Shown piece after piece: positions 32,281-45,626 of a stretch of 64,000 bases of DNA; position 1 is the stretch's first letter, and each line of letters opens with the position of its first letter. A program made the position numbers and the translations under genes. The DNA is from the human T2T-CHM13v2.0 reference genome, Homo sapiens: the NCBI RefSeq assembly GCF_009914755.1, contig NC_060940.1. The stretch is one strand, 5' to 3'. The notes under the pieces were generated by a model. The model ran no database searches. It had not been told where the DNA came from and saw only the letters and a list, made by a program, of their open reading frames with translations.

Positions 32281-32842
32281 TTGCAGTGAGCCGAGATTGC
32301 ACCACAGCACTCCAGCCTGGGAGACAGAGCGAGACTCCATCTCAAAAAATAAAATAAACAAAACAAAACAAAATAAAAAAAACAAAAAGGCATGAAAGTA
32401 AGTAGAAAGATGCAACCCGTGAGGAGAAAAATTAATCAATGAAAACCAATCTAGACATGACAGACAAGCTAAAATTAGCCAACAAGAACAACAGTACAGT
32501 TATTGTAACCATATCCTATGTTCAAAGGCTAAAGACTAAAAATGAGGAGTAAAAACATGGAAAATATAAAAGTGATCCAAAATGGACCTCTAGATATGAG
32601 AACAACATTGTATGAGATTTCTTTAAAAAATGTAATGGTTGGGAATTGGAGCATATTAGGTCTATCAGAAGAAAAGATCAATGAACTTGAAGACACAGCA
32701 CAACAAATTACCCAAACAGAAGAAAAAAGGCTCAAATAAATTTACAGAACATGAGTGATAAGTATTTTAAGTGGTCCAATATACGGTAATTGAAGTCTCT
32801 GTAGTAAGAGAGAAGAGCGATAAAAATAAACATTGGCTAAAA
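32281..32842 (+). repeat. Local duplication, inserted copy of 24371-24914
   Basis: Begins mid-Alu (TTGCAGTGAGCCGAG), ends CATTGGCTAAAA; interrupts L1M endonuclease-like sequence; no TSD. Confidence 0.95.
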
Positions 32843-33436
32843 TATATAGTCCATGATAGCATTAATCAAAAATAGCTCAAGTGATTACATTAATATTAGA
32901 CAGATTTCAGAGCAAAAAATGCTGCTAAGTGCGTGATAATCCATCCTAAATGTTTATGAGCCTAATAGCACAGCTTTGCAAATATGAAGCATAAACAAAT
33001 AAAACTGCAGGAGAAATAGACAAATTTACCACTTGTTGCCATATATTTCAACATCTTTCTCTATAGTTAATAAAAAAAAAAAAAGCTTATTCAAGCATTG
33101 AATGACACTATCAACAATATTTATGAAATTCACATGTATAGAGTGTTCCACCTAACAACAGTAGAATAGATACTAGAAGTGCATGCAGACATTTATGAAA
33201 ATAGGCTACATCCTATTCTATAAAATAACAGTAAGTTTAAGGATTCAAATAAAACAAAACATAATATCTGACAGCAACAAAATTAAATACATTTTTAAAA
33301 AAGAAATACACACAGATAACTATCTGGGGAATCTCAAAACATTTGAAAACTAAATGCCAAATGTTTTTTAAAAAGTCAAAAAAGAAATGAAAAATTGCAA
33401 AGTATTTTGAACTAAATGAACATGAAAACAAAATAG

Positions 33437-33715
33437 GGCCGGGCGCGGTGGCTCACGCCTGTAATCCCAGCACTTTGGAAGGCCGAGGCAGGCAGATCAT
33501 GAGGTCAGGAAATCGAGACCATACCGGCTAACGCAGTGAAATCCCGTCTCTACTAAAAATACAAAAAATTAGCCGGGCATGGTGGCAGGTACCTGTAGTC
33601 CCAGCTACTCGGGAGGCTGAGGCAGGAGAATGGTGTGAACCCGGGGGCAGAGCATGCAGTGAGCTAAGATCGCGTCACTGTACTCCAGCCTGGGTAAAAG
33701 AGTGAGACTCCGCCT

Positions 33716-33758
<43 letters not shown>
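33437..33758 (+). mobile_element. AluY-like with a pure ~42-nt poly(A)
   Basis: GGCCGGGCGCGGTGGCTCACG...GATCATGAGGTCAGGAAATCGAG...GAATGGTGTGAACCCGGG; A-run 33717-33758. Confidence 0.93.
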
Positions 33759-33760
<2 letters not shown>

Positions 33761-35429
33761 CAAAATATGTATATATACACATATATATATGTATATATGA
33801 GATTTTAGCAAAAACTACTTAAATAAAACTTCTTTAGTTAGAAAAGACAAAGATCTGAAACAAATGACTTAAAACACTAAAAAACAAAAAAAACCCTTTA
33901 AATCCAAAATAAAGGAAGTAATAAATATATAAGTGCAAATCACGGAAATAGAAATCAAAAAAATAAGAAAATTAATAAAATCAAAAGCTGGTTATTTAAG
34001 ATCAGTAATATGGATAAACCTCTAACCAGTTGCATGATTATACAAAAAACAATTGAACTTCTATATAATAAAGATCATAAATAAATCCTAAAAATTTTAT
34101 GTACAATGTAATTGAAACATAAAAAGGTATGACAAATATGATAAAAACATGCAAAACACAATCACAAAATCAAACATAAAATAGCTGGAAAGATTTAGAG
34201 AAATTTAAATAAATTGAGAAATATACTATGCTCATGGAACAGAAGACTCAAGATTATTAAGATGTTGATTTTCCCAAATATTTTTATAAATTCATTGCAA
34301 TCACAATCAAAATGTCGTCAGGCACTTTTTGGTAGAAATAAGTCAATTCAATATATATATATATATAGAGAGAGAAATGCAAATAAAGTAAAATTGTCTA
34401 AACAAAATTGAAAAAAGAACAAAGTTGAGGCAGTAGCCCTAATTGATTTCAACATATATTGAAAAGCAACAGTAATTTATGATGCTAATAACAGTGTTTC
34501 ATTTTAATGCAAACAACATTATGCAAATAACAGTATGTTATTTTGCATTAAAATTTAACAAATGGGTCAAAGGTAAAAAATAGAGTCCAGATATAAACCT
34601 ATATTTATATGGTCAACCGACTTTGGAGAAAGGTGTAAATACATTTCAGTGGGAAGATAATACTTTTCTCTGAAAATTGTGCTGGGGTAATTGGAAAGCC
34701 ACATGCAACTTTAATTTATAGTGGGTGTCTTATACACTAATTAACTAAAAATTGAAACATTTAGAGGTATACGTAAAACCGTAAAACTAACAGAAGAGTA
34801 AATTTAGGCTATGCATAGTGGTTTATGCCTGTAATTCCCACAGTTTGAGCACTTTAGGAGGCCAAGGAGAGAGAATCACTTGAGCCCAGGAGTTCAAGAC
34901 TAGCCTGAACAACAACAACAACAAAAAGTGGGGGGGAACCCTGTCTCTATTTCAAAAAAAAAAAATAGCTAAGTTTTCTGGGTGTATTAGTCCCTTCTGC
35001 TGCTATGAAGAAAAATACCCGAGTAATTTATAGAGGAAATTTATAGAGGAAAGAAGTTTAATTGATAGAGGTGATTGATAGAGGTAAGAGGTTTAATTGA
35101 CTCACAGTTCTGCATGGCCGGGGAGGCCTCAGGAAACTTACAATCAAAGCAGAAGTGGAAGCAAACACGTCCTTTACATGGCGGCAGGACAGAGGAGTGC
35201 TAAGTGAAGCGGCGAAAAGCCCCTTATAAAACCATCAGATCGGCCAGGCGCGGTGGCTCACGCCTGTAATCCCAGCACTTTGGGAGGCCGAGGTAGGCAG
35301 ATCACGAGGTCAGGAGATTGAGACAAGCCTGGCCAACATGGCGAAACCGCGTCTCTATTAAAAGTACAAAAATTAGCCGGGCGTGGTGGCGCGTGACTGT
35401 AATCCCAGCTACTCCAGAGTCTGAGGCAG

Positions 35430-36857
35430 CGAGAGGTGACAGCGTGCTGGCAGCCTCGCTTGCTCTCGGCGCCTCCTCGGCCTCGGCGCCCACTCTGGCC
35501 ACGCTTGAAGAGCCCTTCAGCCTGCTGCTGCACTGTGGGAGCCCGTTCCTGGGCTGGCAGAGGCCGGAGCCGGCTCCCTCAGCTTGCAGGGAGGTGTGGA
35601 GGGAAAGGCGTGGTCGGGAACTGGGTCTGCATGTGGCGCTTGTGGGCCAGCGCGAGTTCCGGGTGGGCGTGGGCTCGGCGGGCCCCACACTGGGAGCCGC
35701 CAGCCAGCACCGCGGGCCCCAGGCAGTGAGGGGCTTAGCACTTGGGCCAGCAGCTGCGGAGGGTGCACCGGGTCCCCCAGCAGTGCCGGCCCGCTGGCGC
35801 TGCGCTGGAATTCTCGCAGGGCCTCAGCTGCCTCCCTGCCCAGCAGGGCTCAGGACCTGCAGCCCGCCATGCCTAAGCCTCCACACTATGGTGGGCTCCT
35901 GCACTGCCCGAGCCTCCCGGACGAGCGCCGCCCCCTGCTCCGCAGCTGCCGGTCCCATCTACTGCCCAAGGGCTGAGGAGTGCGGACATACTGTATGGGA
36001 CTGGCGGGCAGCTCCACCTGCAGTCCCCCTGCGGGATCCAGTAAGTGAAGCCAGCTGGGTTCCTGAGTCTAGTGGGGACTTGGAGAACCTTAATGTCTAG
36101 TTAAGGGATTGTACATACACCAATCAGCACTCTGTGTCTAGTTCAAGGTTTGTAAATGCACCAATCAGCACCCTGTGTCTGGCTCAAGGTTTGTAAATGC
36201 ACCAGTCAGTGCTCTGTGTCTACCTAATCTAGTGGGGACTTGCAGAACTTTTGTGTCTAGCTCAGGGATTATAAATGCACCAATCAGCACCCTGTCAAAA
36301 CTGACTGATCAGCTCTCTGTTAAACAGACCAATCAGCTCTCTGTAAAATGGGCCAATCTATAGGATGTGGGTGGGGTCAGATAAGGGAATAAAAACAGGC
36401 TGCCTGAGCCAGCAGTAGCAACTCCCTTGGGTTACCTTCCACACCATGGAGGCTTTGTTCTTTCACTCTTTGCAACAAATCTTGCTGCTGCTCACTCTTT
36501 GGGTCCACACTGCCTTTATGAGCTGTAATACTCACTGCGAAGGTCTGCAGCTTCACTCCTGAGGCCAGCAAGACCATGAACCTGCCAGGAGGAATGAACA
36601 ACTCCAGACGGGAGGAATGAACAACTCCAGATGAACTGCCTTAAGAGCTGTAACACTCACCGCAAAGGTCTGCAGCTTCACTCCTGAAGCCAGGGAGACC
36701 ATGAACCCACCAGAAGGAAGAAACTCCGAATACGTCCAAACATCAGAAGGAACAAACTCCGGACACACCATCTTTAAGAACTGTAACACTCACCATGAGG
36801 GTCTGTGGCTTCACTCTTGAAGTAAGTGAGACCAAGAACCCACCAACTCTGGACACA
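35430..36857 (+). mobile_element. LTR12 (ERV9) solo LTR, C/D/E-like
   Basis: (T>C)GAGAGGTGACAGCGTGCTGGCAG start, CpG-rich U3, CACCAATCAGCAC repeats, U5 repeats GGTCTGCAGCTTCACTCCTGA, end GGACACA; 4-bp TSD GCAG 35426-35429 / 36858-36861. Confidence 0.95.
36115..36420 (+). promoter_or_regulatory. LTR12 enhancer/promoter: tandem CCAAT (NF-Y-type) motifs, GATA site, AATAAA TATA-like box
   Basis: CCAATC at ~36120, 36161, 36280, 36329, 36353; CAGATAAG ~36378; GAATAAAA ~36387. Confidence 0.7.
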
Positions 36858-39071
36858 GCAGGAGAATCTCTTGAACCAGGGAGTTGGAGGTTGCATTGCA
36901 GTGAGCTGAGATCGTGCCACTGCACTCCAGCCTGGCTACAGAGCAAAACTCCGTCTAAACAAACAAACAAAAAAACCATGCGATCTCATGAAAACTCAAT
37001 ATCATGTTAACAGTATGGGAGAACCACCCCCCTGATTGTATCACCTCTCATGAGGTCCCTACCCCAATATGTGGTGATTACAATTCAGGCTGAGATGTTG
37101 GGTGGGGACACAGCCAAACCATATCACTGGGTGTGCACCTGTGGTTCCAGCTACTTGGGAGGCTGAGATAGAAGGATTGCTTCAGCCCAGGAAATCAAGG
37201 CTTCAGTGAGCTATGATCATGCCACCGCACTCCAGCCTGGTCAACAGAGTGAGACCATATTTCAAAAAACTTCATTTTGGAGCAAATATTTTAGAATTTT
37301 GATGAAATAAGATTTCTTAGATGCAACAAGAAAAATACTATCCACAAAAGAATAACTTAATAAATTGGGTTTTATCAAAATTAAAAACTTCTGTTTGCAA
37401 AGCATTATTCAGCATTATTCTAAGCACTGTTAATAGAATGAGAAAACAAGTCATAGAATGTGAGGAATTATTTTTAAAACATATATACAATAAAGGACTT
37501 GTATCTAAAATATATAAGAAATTCTCAAAATTCAACAATAAAGAACCACAAAATCCAATTAAAAACTGGTAAGTTATTTGAACAGACACTTGACCAAATA
37601 AGAGGTGTAATGACAAATGAGCCCATGAAAAGCCCATCATTAGTCATTAGGAAAATACAAACTAAAAATATGATGTCATACTATTTCACTCCTAATAGGA
37701 TGGCTAAAATGTAAAAGAGTGACGGTAGCAAGTTTGGGAAGATGTAAAGAAACTGGAAGTCTCATACACTGGTGGTAAAGATGTAAAATTGTGCAATTAT
37801 TTGAAAATAATTCAGCATTCCCCAAAAGTTAAACATGTTTCTACCATACGATGTAGCCACTGCACTCCTATCTAATTATCTCCCCTGCAAATGAAAACAT
37901 ATGCTTATTCAAAGATTGTGCATGAATGTTCATGGAAACTTTATATGTAATAATTTCTAGCTGGAAACAGCCCATATGTTCAAGATCACATGAATGGATG
38001 AATGAATAGTGGTACATCCATACAGTGGAATGACATAAAAGGAATCGATGATTAATATATAAATCTGGATTAATCTAAAAATAATCATGCTGACTAAAAA
38101 ACACTAACAAAAACTAGAAAATACATTGTATATAATTATATTTATATAAGAATTACAAAATAAATTTATTTTGTAGCGATAGGTGATTATACATGGGCAT
38201 GAGAAAACTTTTGGAAATGATATGTGATGATTTTATAGATGTATACATGCCACAATTTATCAAACTATAACCTTTAAATTTATATATTTTAATGTTTCTC
38301 ATTTATAGCTCAATAAAAATGTTAATGTTAACAATACGTTTAGCTGCATAAAGACAAAACCAACTGCAAAAACAGGAATAGCAAAAATAGTATACTTAAA
38401 AGTTGATGGCTCTGAACCTTAAATTCCCATCAAATTAGTTGTATAACCCTGGTGATGTCACTCATTTATTTTCAATACAGTTTGTTAAGACTCTTTAGGT
38501 GATTTGTCCTGTAGAGTCCTTTATTTTGCAGAAGAGGAAAGGAGAGTTTAGGAGAGAGTTACCGGCTGAAATTATTTTTATCCTCTCAAATATTTTAAAC
38601 TATTAAATGTCTTTATCAGCTATTAAGTATGATTACATAAAATGTTAAATAGAAGATGTTTGGGCTACCATGTTTGCTGACTTAATTACCACCATACTAA
38701 TCTCCAGAAAAGTATAATAATTTTTTAGAAGTCTTCCAAATCACTGATTAAGACTCATCTTTCCTAAACAGTACAAAGGACTGGTGATGATTGAATGATC
38801 ATAGACACCCCAAATTCCTCCTACCTATGTAAGGCAGACTTGAGTGGTTTTCTTAAACCTAGGCCTCACTCCAGTTTCTAACTGGCACTGTATTGATTCA
38901 GCCACAATTTCACCAAGTCTTAGATTGGGTTTTCTTCAAAGAATAAAAACTGTGTACCAATACCCAAAGTTGCTCTGTGCATGCATTACTATTTAATATT
39001 TGTAGGATAGTCCTCTCTGTTAAACCCAGCTGGCTATCTTGCATCTGTCCCCTTTTCCATAGAGAGTGTAT

Positions 39072-39107
39072 TTGTGTGTGTGTGTGTGTATGTGTGAGAG
39101 AGAGAGA
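39072..39107. repeat. (TG)n(AG)n microsatellite
   Basis: Direct inspection. Confidence 0.9.
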
Positions 39108-39851
39108 TACAACACTGATCTGAAGAGGGATTTAATGTAATATGTGGGGAGTAGAACTTATGAAAAGTAATTCATTTGTGGCAATGAAAGAATTCCTCTC
39201 TTAGAGCTTATGGCAAAGCACTTTGAAATATTAAGTACATTGTTAGAGGGCACATAAACAAAATTAAAACACAGACATAAAAAAGATTACAACACTGGGC
39301 TAAATGGAATGAGAATAGAAAAAAAATCTTAAAATTAGGAATGTGCTATGCTAAGTATATCACATGATTCTAAGATAATTAGAATTGCACATTACACTGG
39401 AGGTATTTGTTTTCTATAAAACTGTCCGCAATAGCTCATTTCAAAGCATTATGAACATATATTTCCCTTCTAAACCTGCCTATCTATTAAGCATACAAGT
39501 AATGAATTGAAAATCTACACATATGGGAAACCTTTTAATTATACACAGTAATACAAACATGAAACCAGAGAATGGATTTTAAGAATCCATTTAGAAATAA
39601 CATGTCTACCTTTTCAAAGTGAAACTGTGAGGTTATGTATTTTCCTGAGAGAGCTCCTTTCTCATTGGTTTAATAGTAATGGTGTTTCACTTTTTGTGTC
39701 TTAAGCCTTTCTTTTGATGAAAAGAATTCCCATACATTTTTCAAGTATTCTCCTATTTAAAGGATAGTCATAATGTTTACAGTTATCTATCCTATATTAG
39801 GTAGGCATTTCACAATAGAAATAATAAATTATGTTTCAGTTTTACTGCTGA

Positions 39852-40244
<393 letters not shown>

Positions 40245-41473
40245 TAATAGAAAATACAAAATTGTACTTGGAGAAATTAAACAGGGCTCCCGACAATTTG
40301 AGAAAATATATGCAGTGGGAATTCTATATATTTGTAAATCAATATTAATAACATAACCTATACATACTCATTAAAAAACGAGAGGCATTTAGAAATAGAC
40401 ATATTCCTCCCTGAATTATTTGCTTCATAGCATCAGTTCTGTATTCCTGTTCCAGTGCCTTTAAAATATCCTAAAACTCTCCCCATTTTTTGTAACCAAT
40501 TAGATAGTATGTATAAATAAATCCATCATCTGAGAAACATGTAAATAGGTACAACAAAATATATATATTATATATACACATATATATGTATATATGTGTA
40601 AACAAATGCCCCAAAACTATAATTTATAATAGAAAAATGTAAGATTGAAGGGTGGGATAGGGTTAATGGTAATGAGAAGCAGACCTCATGAGATTTTGCT
40701 AGACATAGATTTCTATCAAAGTAAATTTTGGTATCTTGAAATATCTACTTAGTAATGTTTTGATTAAATACATGAGATCTGGGGTTATAGGTGGGCCATG
40801 AAACAGGAACATCTGTACCATATATTTAAGTGGAAACTGAGTTTCACATTACATATGGAAGTAAAGGTTGTGTTTTTAAAAAAATAGGGGACTCACAAAT
40901 ATGCAATATTAAACTTGAATATTTCACCTTCTTACAAGGAGTTTGCCTACATTAAGATGGAGTACAGAAGAAAAGAGAGGTTACAAGGTACACTGATGAA
41001 CTATGTGAAATAACGTTAGTCAGATATTGGTCAACAGGCAGCACAGAATGATGTCGGCTGGGGAAAGATAATGTAAAGAAAAAAGAGACCTATAATAACA
41101 TGAATTTACTGAACAGAGATAATTTCCAGGCTAAGCCAGGGTAGTCAAACCAAACAGAGCACAGCAGTTTTGTTGAGTAAAAAAGACAGAGTTTGGACTG
41201 TGAAAAAGCCATGTCAGCTAGAAATTGAGGAGCAAACACAAGAGAAACTTCTTAGAGAGCTCCAGAGACTGCAGTGTCGTCTCCTTGAATTCTACCCTAA
41301 GCATTTTTCTGCACATGCATGGGAAGTACCTAAGACTTGAGAAAGAAACATCAGAAACTAATAAACAAAACAATCTGCAGAGTTTACACAGGTTTAGTAA
41401 AGTTGATGCTTCTACTAGTCCAAGTAGAAAGATCCCTTAATGCAGGGAGCAATGGGTATAATCTTCAGAAAAG

Positions 41474-41725
41474 CCAGGCATTTGAGACCAGCCTGGTCCA
41501 ACGTGGTGAAACCCTGTCTCTACTAAAAACACAAATATTAGCCAGGCGCAGTGGCAGGCGCCTATAATCCCAGCTACTTGGGAGGCTGAGGCAGGAGAAT
41601 TGCTTGAGCTCGGGTGTTGGAGGTTGCGGTGAGCCGAGATCGCGTAACTGCAATCCAGCCTTTGTGACAGAGCAAGACTCCGTCTCAAAAAAAAAAAAAA
41701 AAAAAAAAAAAGACAAGAAAAGAAA
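41474..41725 (+). mobile_element. 5'-truncated AluS
   Basis: TTTGAGACCAGCCTGGTCCAACGTGGTGAAACCC...GAGCAAGACTCCGTCTC poly(A). Confidence 0.92.
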
Positions 41726-42496
41726 AGCATCAATAGTAAAGTCATGTTATCTTACCTGTACTACACTAACAAAATTAGAGGTAAGACTTCAAAAAATGTA
41801 AACTGAATCCAAATAATATAAACACACCAAGGAACAAACACCAGCAATATTTAAAGAAATATGGCAAAATCCAGAAAACAAATGTAAGCAGCAGGAAAAC
41901 AAAACTCGTAACAAGGAAATGTAATAGTCAATAGAAACAGACCAAATATGATAGAGATAAGTAAACCTGCAGACCAGCATATTAAAACATGAATATTTAT
42001 GTAAATATTATGAATATTTTCTATATGTTCAAACAGATAGATGAAAACATGGACAGCAATCCAAATAGAGCTTCTAAAAATGGAAAATATATTATTTGCA
42101 ATGAAAACCATATAGTATGAAATTACCAGCAGATTAGATAATGTAGAACAAAAGTGTAGAGGACTTAAAAGACAGATAACAATAGGAACTATTCAAATGA
42201 ATGAATGAGAAAAAAAGTGAGCATGGTTTTAGTGAGTGGCAGAAAAACATGGAGTGGACAGACATATATGTAAATAGAATTCTAAGAAAAGAGAAAATGA
42301 GGCAGAAAATATATTTGAAGATACAGTGACCAAATTTTTTATTTTTCCAAATTTGTTAAGAATTAATCCCCATACCCAAGATACTTAATAAACCTTGAAC
42401 AGAAGAGACATGAAGAAAACCACAGGAAAATATATTATAGTCAATTTCTATAACATCCCAAGACACCAACAAAACATTAATAAATAATAGTCTTGA

Positions 42497-42829
<333 letters not shown>

Positions 42830-45551
42830 TTAAAAGCCCACAGTAGCAAAAATAAATATCACATACATAGGAAGAAATAAAGAACAGCAGATTTGCCACT
42901 AAAAACCATGCAAGCCAGTATGCAATGGAGTGACATTTTAAAAATAGTAAGATATTTTTATCTAAAAAGATTCTGTCAAAAATAAACAGGAAATATATAT
43001 TCTTCAGAATATAAATGCTGAGAAAATTTATGATCATAAGACCAATATTATTTTAAAAACACTAATGGAAGTCCTATTTTAAAGAAGAAAAACATATACT
43101 ATATGGAAATTTAAATGTATCATGATTAAATAAGTGCTCAGAATAAAAAGTAGATAGACTAAAGATTGTCCTCAGGAGAGAAATTGAGATAAAATTTGCG
43201 AGGTGTTTATGTAGCAGTAAACGTCTTGAATGATATGAAAAAGGGTTTGAACTGTGAATACCATGATCATGGAATCCTGTAATCAACCTTTTGGGTAAAA
43301 TATATAAGTATTTTTTTCCCATGGACATATTTCAATTCACATGTAACTTAAGTATTTCTGAGTGCATATTATCTTACTTACAGTAAATCTCAGTCTTTGC
43401 AAAGAAGAATTTTATATTGGGACACAGATAAAGATACATATCCACCTTTCCTGTTCTTTCTTCTAATTTCTGTCGCACACTCAAAAAGAATATATTTTGC
43501 TCAGCTTGTATAGAAGAGAGGATAAATAGAATTACAGGACAAAATACAAGTGAAGAAAACATTGGCAATATAACTAACAGTTAAGAAATGGAGGGAAGGT
43601 CTAAGTGAGAGGAATTATAAGTTGCTATGGTTTGAATGTGTTCCCCCAAGTTCATGTGTTCGAAACAACATATTTGTAAAATAAAAAGGAATTAAAAGAA
43701 GAAGAAAAAAATTCCTAAATCATTCCAGGAATGGTACTATTTTGATATGCTCTCAAGAATCCAGCATTTTAGGCATGTTTATATAATTGTGAACATTTGA
43801 TATACAACATTTTATTTTCTGGCTTCTCTTTAAAATTATTGTATCATAGATTTTGAAGTTAATTTATATAATGTATACATATTATGAAGTATTGGATTAT
43901 ATTACATTCAGTTAATACTTCATCATTTGATTAGCTAATTCTTTTTATTTTACTAATTTGTTCTCCTGGTCATTTACATTTCTCTTAAGAGTGAATATAA
44001 ATGATTAAAACATAAATATATGAGTACAAAGAGGAGGAGTGTGTACATCTTCAGTAAATATCTGCTCATCATTCATTTTACAAGTTAGTTAGATTTTTAT
44101 CTCCTTGGAAGGCAGAGAACAGACCAAGAGGTGTGAGGAATAACACTGGTCAATTTTTATGGAAGGGAGAAGAAATACATTGTAATAAGCTCCTTCACCT
44201 CTTAAGAAGCCTTAGCTATGCTCCTCTTGTGACTTTTTATAGCAGAGGTTTAAATAGATCCAGTCCAATCTTTAGAAGCCCAGCAAGACATTCTCCTTTG
44301 TTACCGGTGTTCTGGGATGTTCTCTTCAAATATCTGAACTATAGACTCATCATGAGTCACTATTAGAATTGAATCCTTTTCCTTTCTTCTCCTTCATTTC
44401 TTTCTTAGGGATCTAGGTAACTGCACCAAAATGGATCCTCACTGCTCGTTGACAGACCAACTGAGTGCTTTCCACATTTGTAAGATCTGGAATATTCTTC
44501 TTTCCATTGTGCTTCTTCCCATCTATATCCAGTCCCATCTTATTGAAGACACCACTTCCGATCATTGCTGCACTCTATCCTGACCTTCTCTTGGATAATC
44601 TATTCTGCCACGATGTAGGGTATCTGCTCAAAATTGGCATTTAATGGGGTTGATGGGAAAAACAAGCAAAAGTCAGAAGGCTTTGCAATGAATTAATCAG
44701 AGATCTGCAACAATAATATTAAAGTAAGCATGAGAAAGTCAGAGAGAGAGAGAGAAATCTTTACATCATAATAACTAACAGATTCTTATATCATCTAACA
44801 GGATCTTATTTAACAGATTCTTTTAACATCATAAAAACTAACAGATGAACCAGTGTGATAGTTTTCAACAGATCTGTGGTAGATACACTAGTTGATCATA
44901 ATCAGTTTTTGTGTGTCACATTTAATTTGATGTTTATGATATACTTTTGTCTTCATTAGAACAGATCATTAAACACGCTATTTTTGTTTTCATTCTCTTG
45001 AATTCCCTTATTTATTTATTTATGCCTAATAAAGAATCAAGGAGAAATTTCAGAGCCCAAATTTCGCCTCCGAGATGCTGAGCAGAATGTTATGCATGTC
45101 AATGGCTTTGATTAAGACGGTTGCTGATAAATTAACCTTCCTGATCAAAACCTGTTGATCACAAGCTTTTTTTTTTCTATTGAAGAAAAAACTGTCTCAC
45201 AAGGAAATGGACTTTTCCAAGGTCACACAAGCAACTTAAGTTCTTATTTTTTTTCTCCTAGCTTTTTGAAGTCTCTTTACTCCCCCTTCATGCCACATTA
45301 TTGGGATCTAATTCAGAACATTCTGTATAAAGACGGGCATTTCAAACCCATGGCAATCCCCTCTGTGCCTTTCTTTCTATAAAATTATTAAATGATTATA
45401 TCTTCATTTCTTTCAAAGAGCAAAATCATTGCTCTTTTCCAGGGTCTTTTCATTTATTCTTGATGTGTCTTTTGTAGCTTCCATTAGCTTTTCCAGATGC
45501 TGCAAACATGAGAAAACTTTGCAAATAGTTCACATTAATGATGAGCCATCG

Positions 45552-45626
45552 GTGCTTTTCAGCTACTTTTAAGAATAATATCCTTTAGTGTGATTTTCAG
45601 CTACTTTTAAGAGTAATATTCTTTGG
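45552..45626. repeat. Degenerate 38-bp tandem duplication
   Basis: GTG(C/A)TTTTCAGCTACTTTTAAGA(A/G)TAATAT(C/T)CTTT present twice. Confidence 0.85.

Larger units (their letters stand above)
35242..36971 (+). mobile_element. AluS (Sc-like) split by LTR12
   Basis: GGCCAGGCGCGGTGG...CTGAGGCAG | GAGAATC...GCACTCCAGCCTGG; TSD AAAACCATCAGATC 35228-35241 / AAAACCATGCGATC 36972-36985. Confidence 0.92.
34983..37126 (-). mobile_element. THE1 solo LTR (MaLR) split by an Alu
   Basis: TGTATTAGTC...TTAATTGACTCACAGTTC...GGGAGGCCTCAGGAAACTTACAATC...GGGTGGGGACACAGCCAAACCATATCA; TSD CTGGG 34978-34982 / 37127-37131. Confidence 0.92.
34807..37270 (+). mobile_element. AluJ split by THE1 (left part 34807-34982, right part 37127-37270)
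   Basis: Left arm ...CACTTGAGCCCAGGAGTTCAAGAC...AAAATAGCT; right arm resumes GCACCTGTGGTTCCAGCTACTTGGGAGGCTGAG...GAGCTATGATCATGCCAC. Confidence 0.85.

Noticed and set aside
35318-36100. 260-aa GC-rich ORF and overlapping frames
   Set aside because: Lies entirely in Alu plus LTR12 U3; GC-rich DNA is stop-poor and the peptide has no recognisable domain.
36115-36850. Regularly spaced repeats resembling a CRISPR-like array
   Set aside because: These are the known LTR12 U3 CCAAT repeats and U5 repeats; there are no unique spacers or cas genes, and the DNA is primate.
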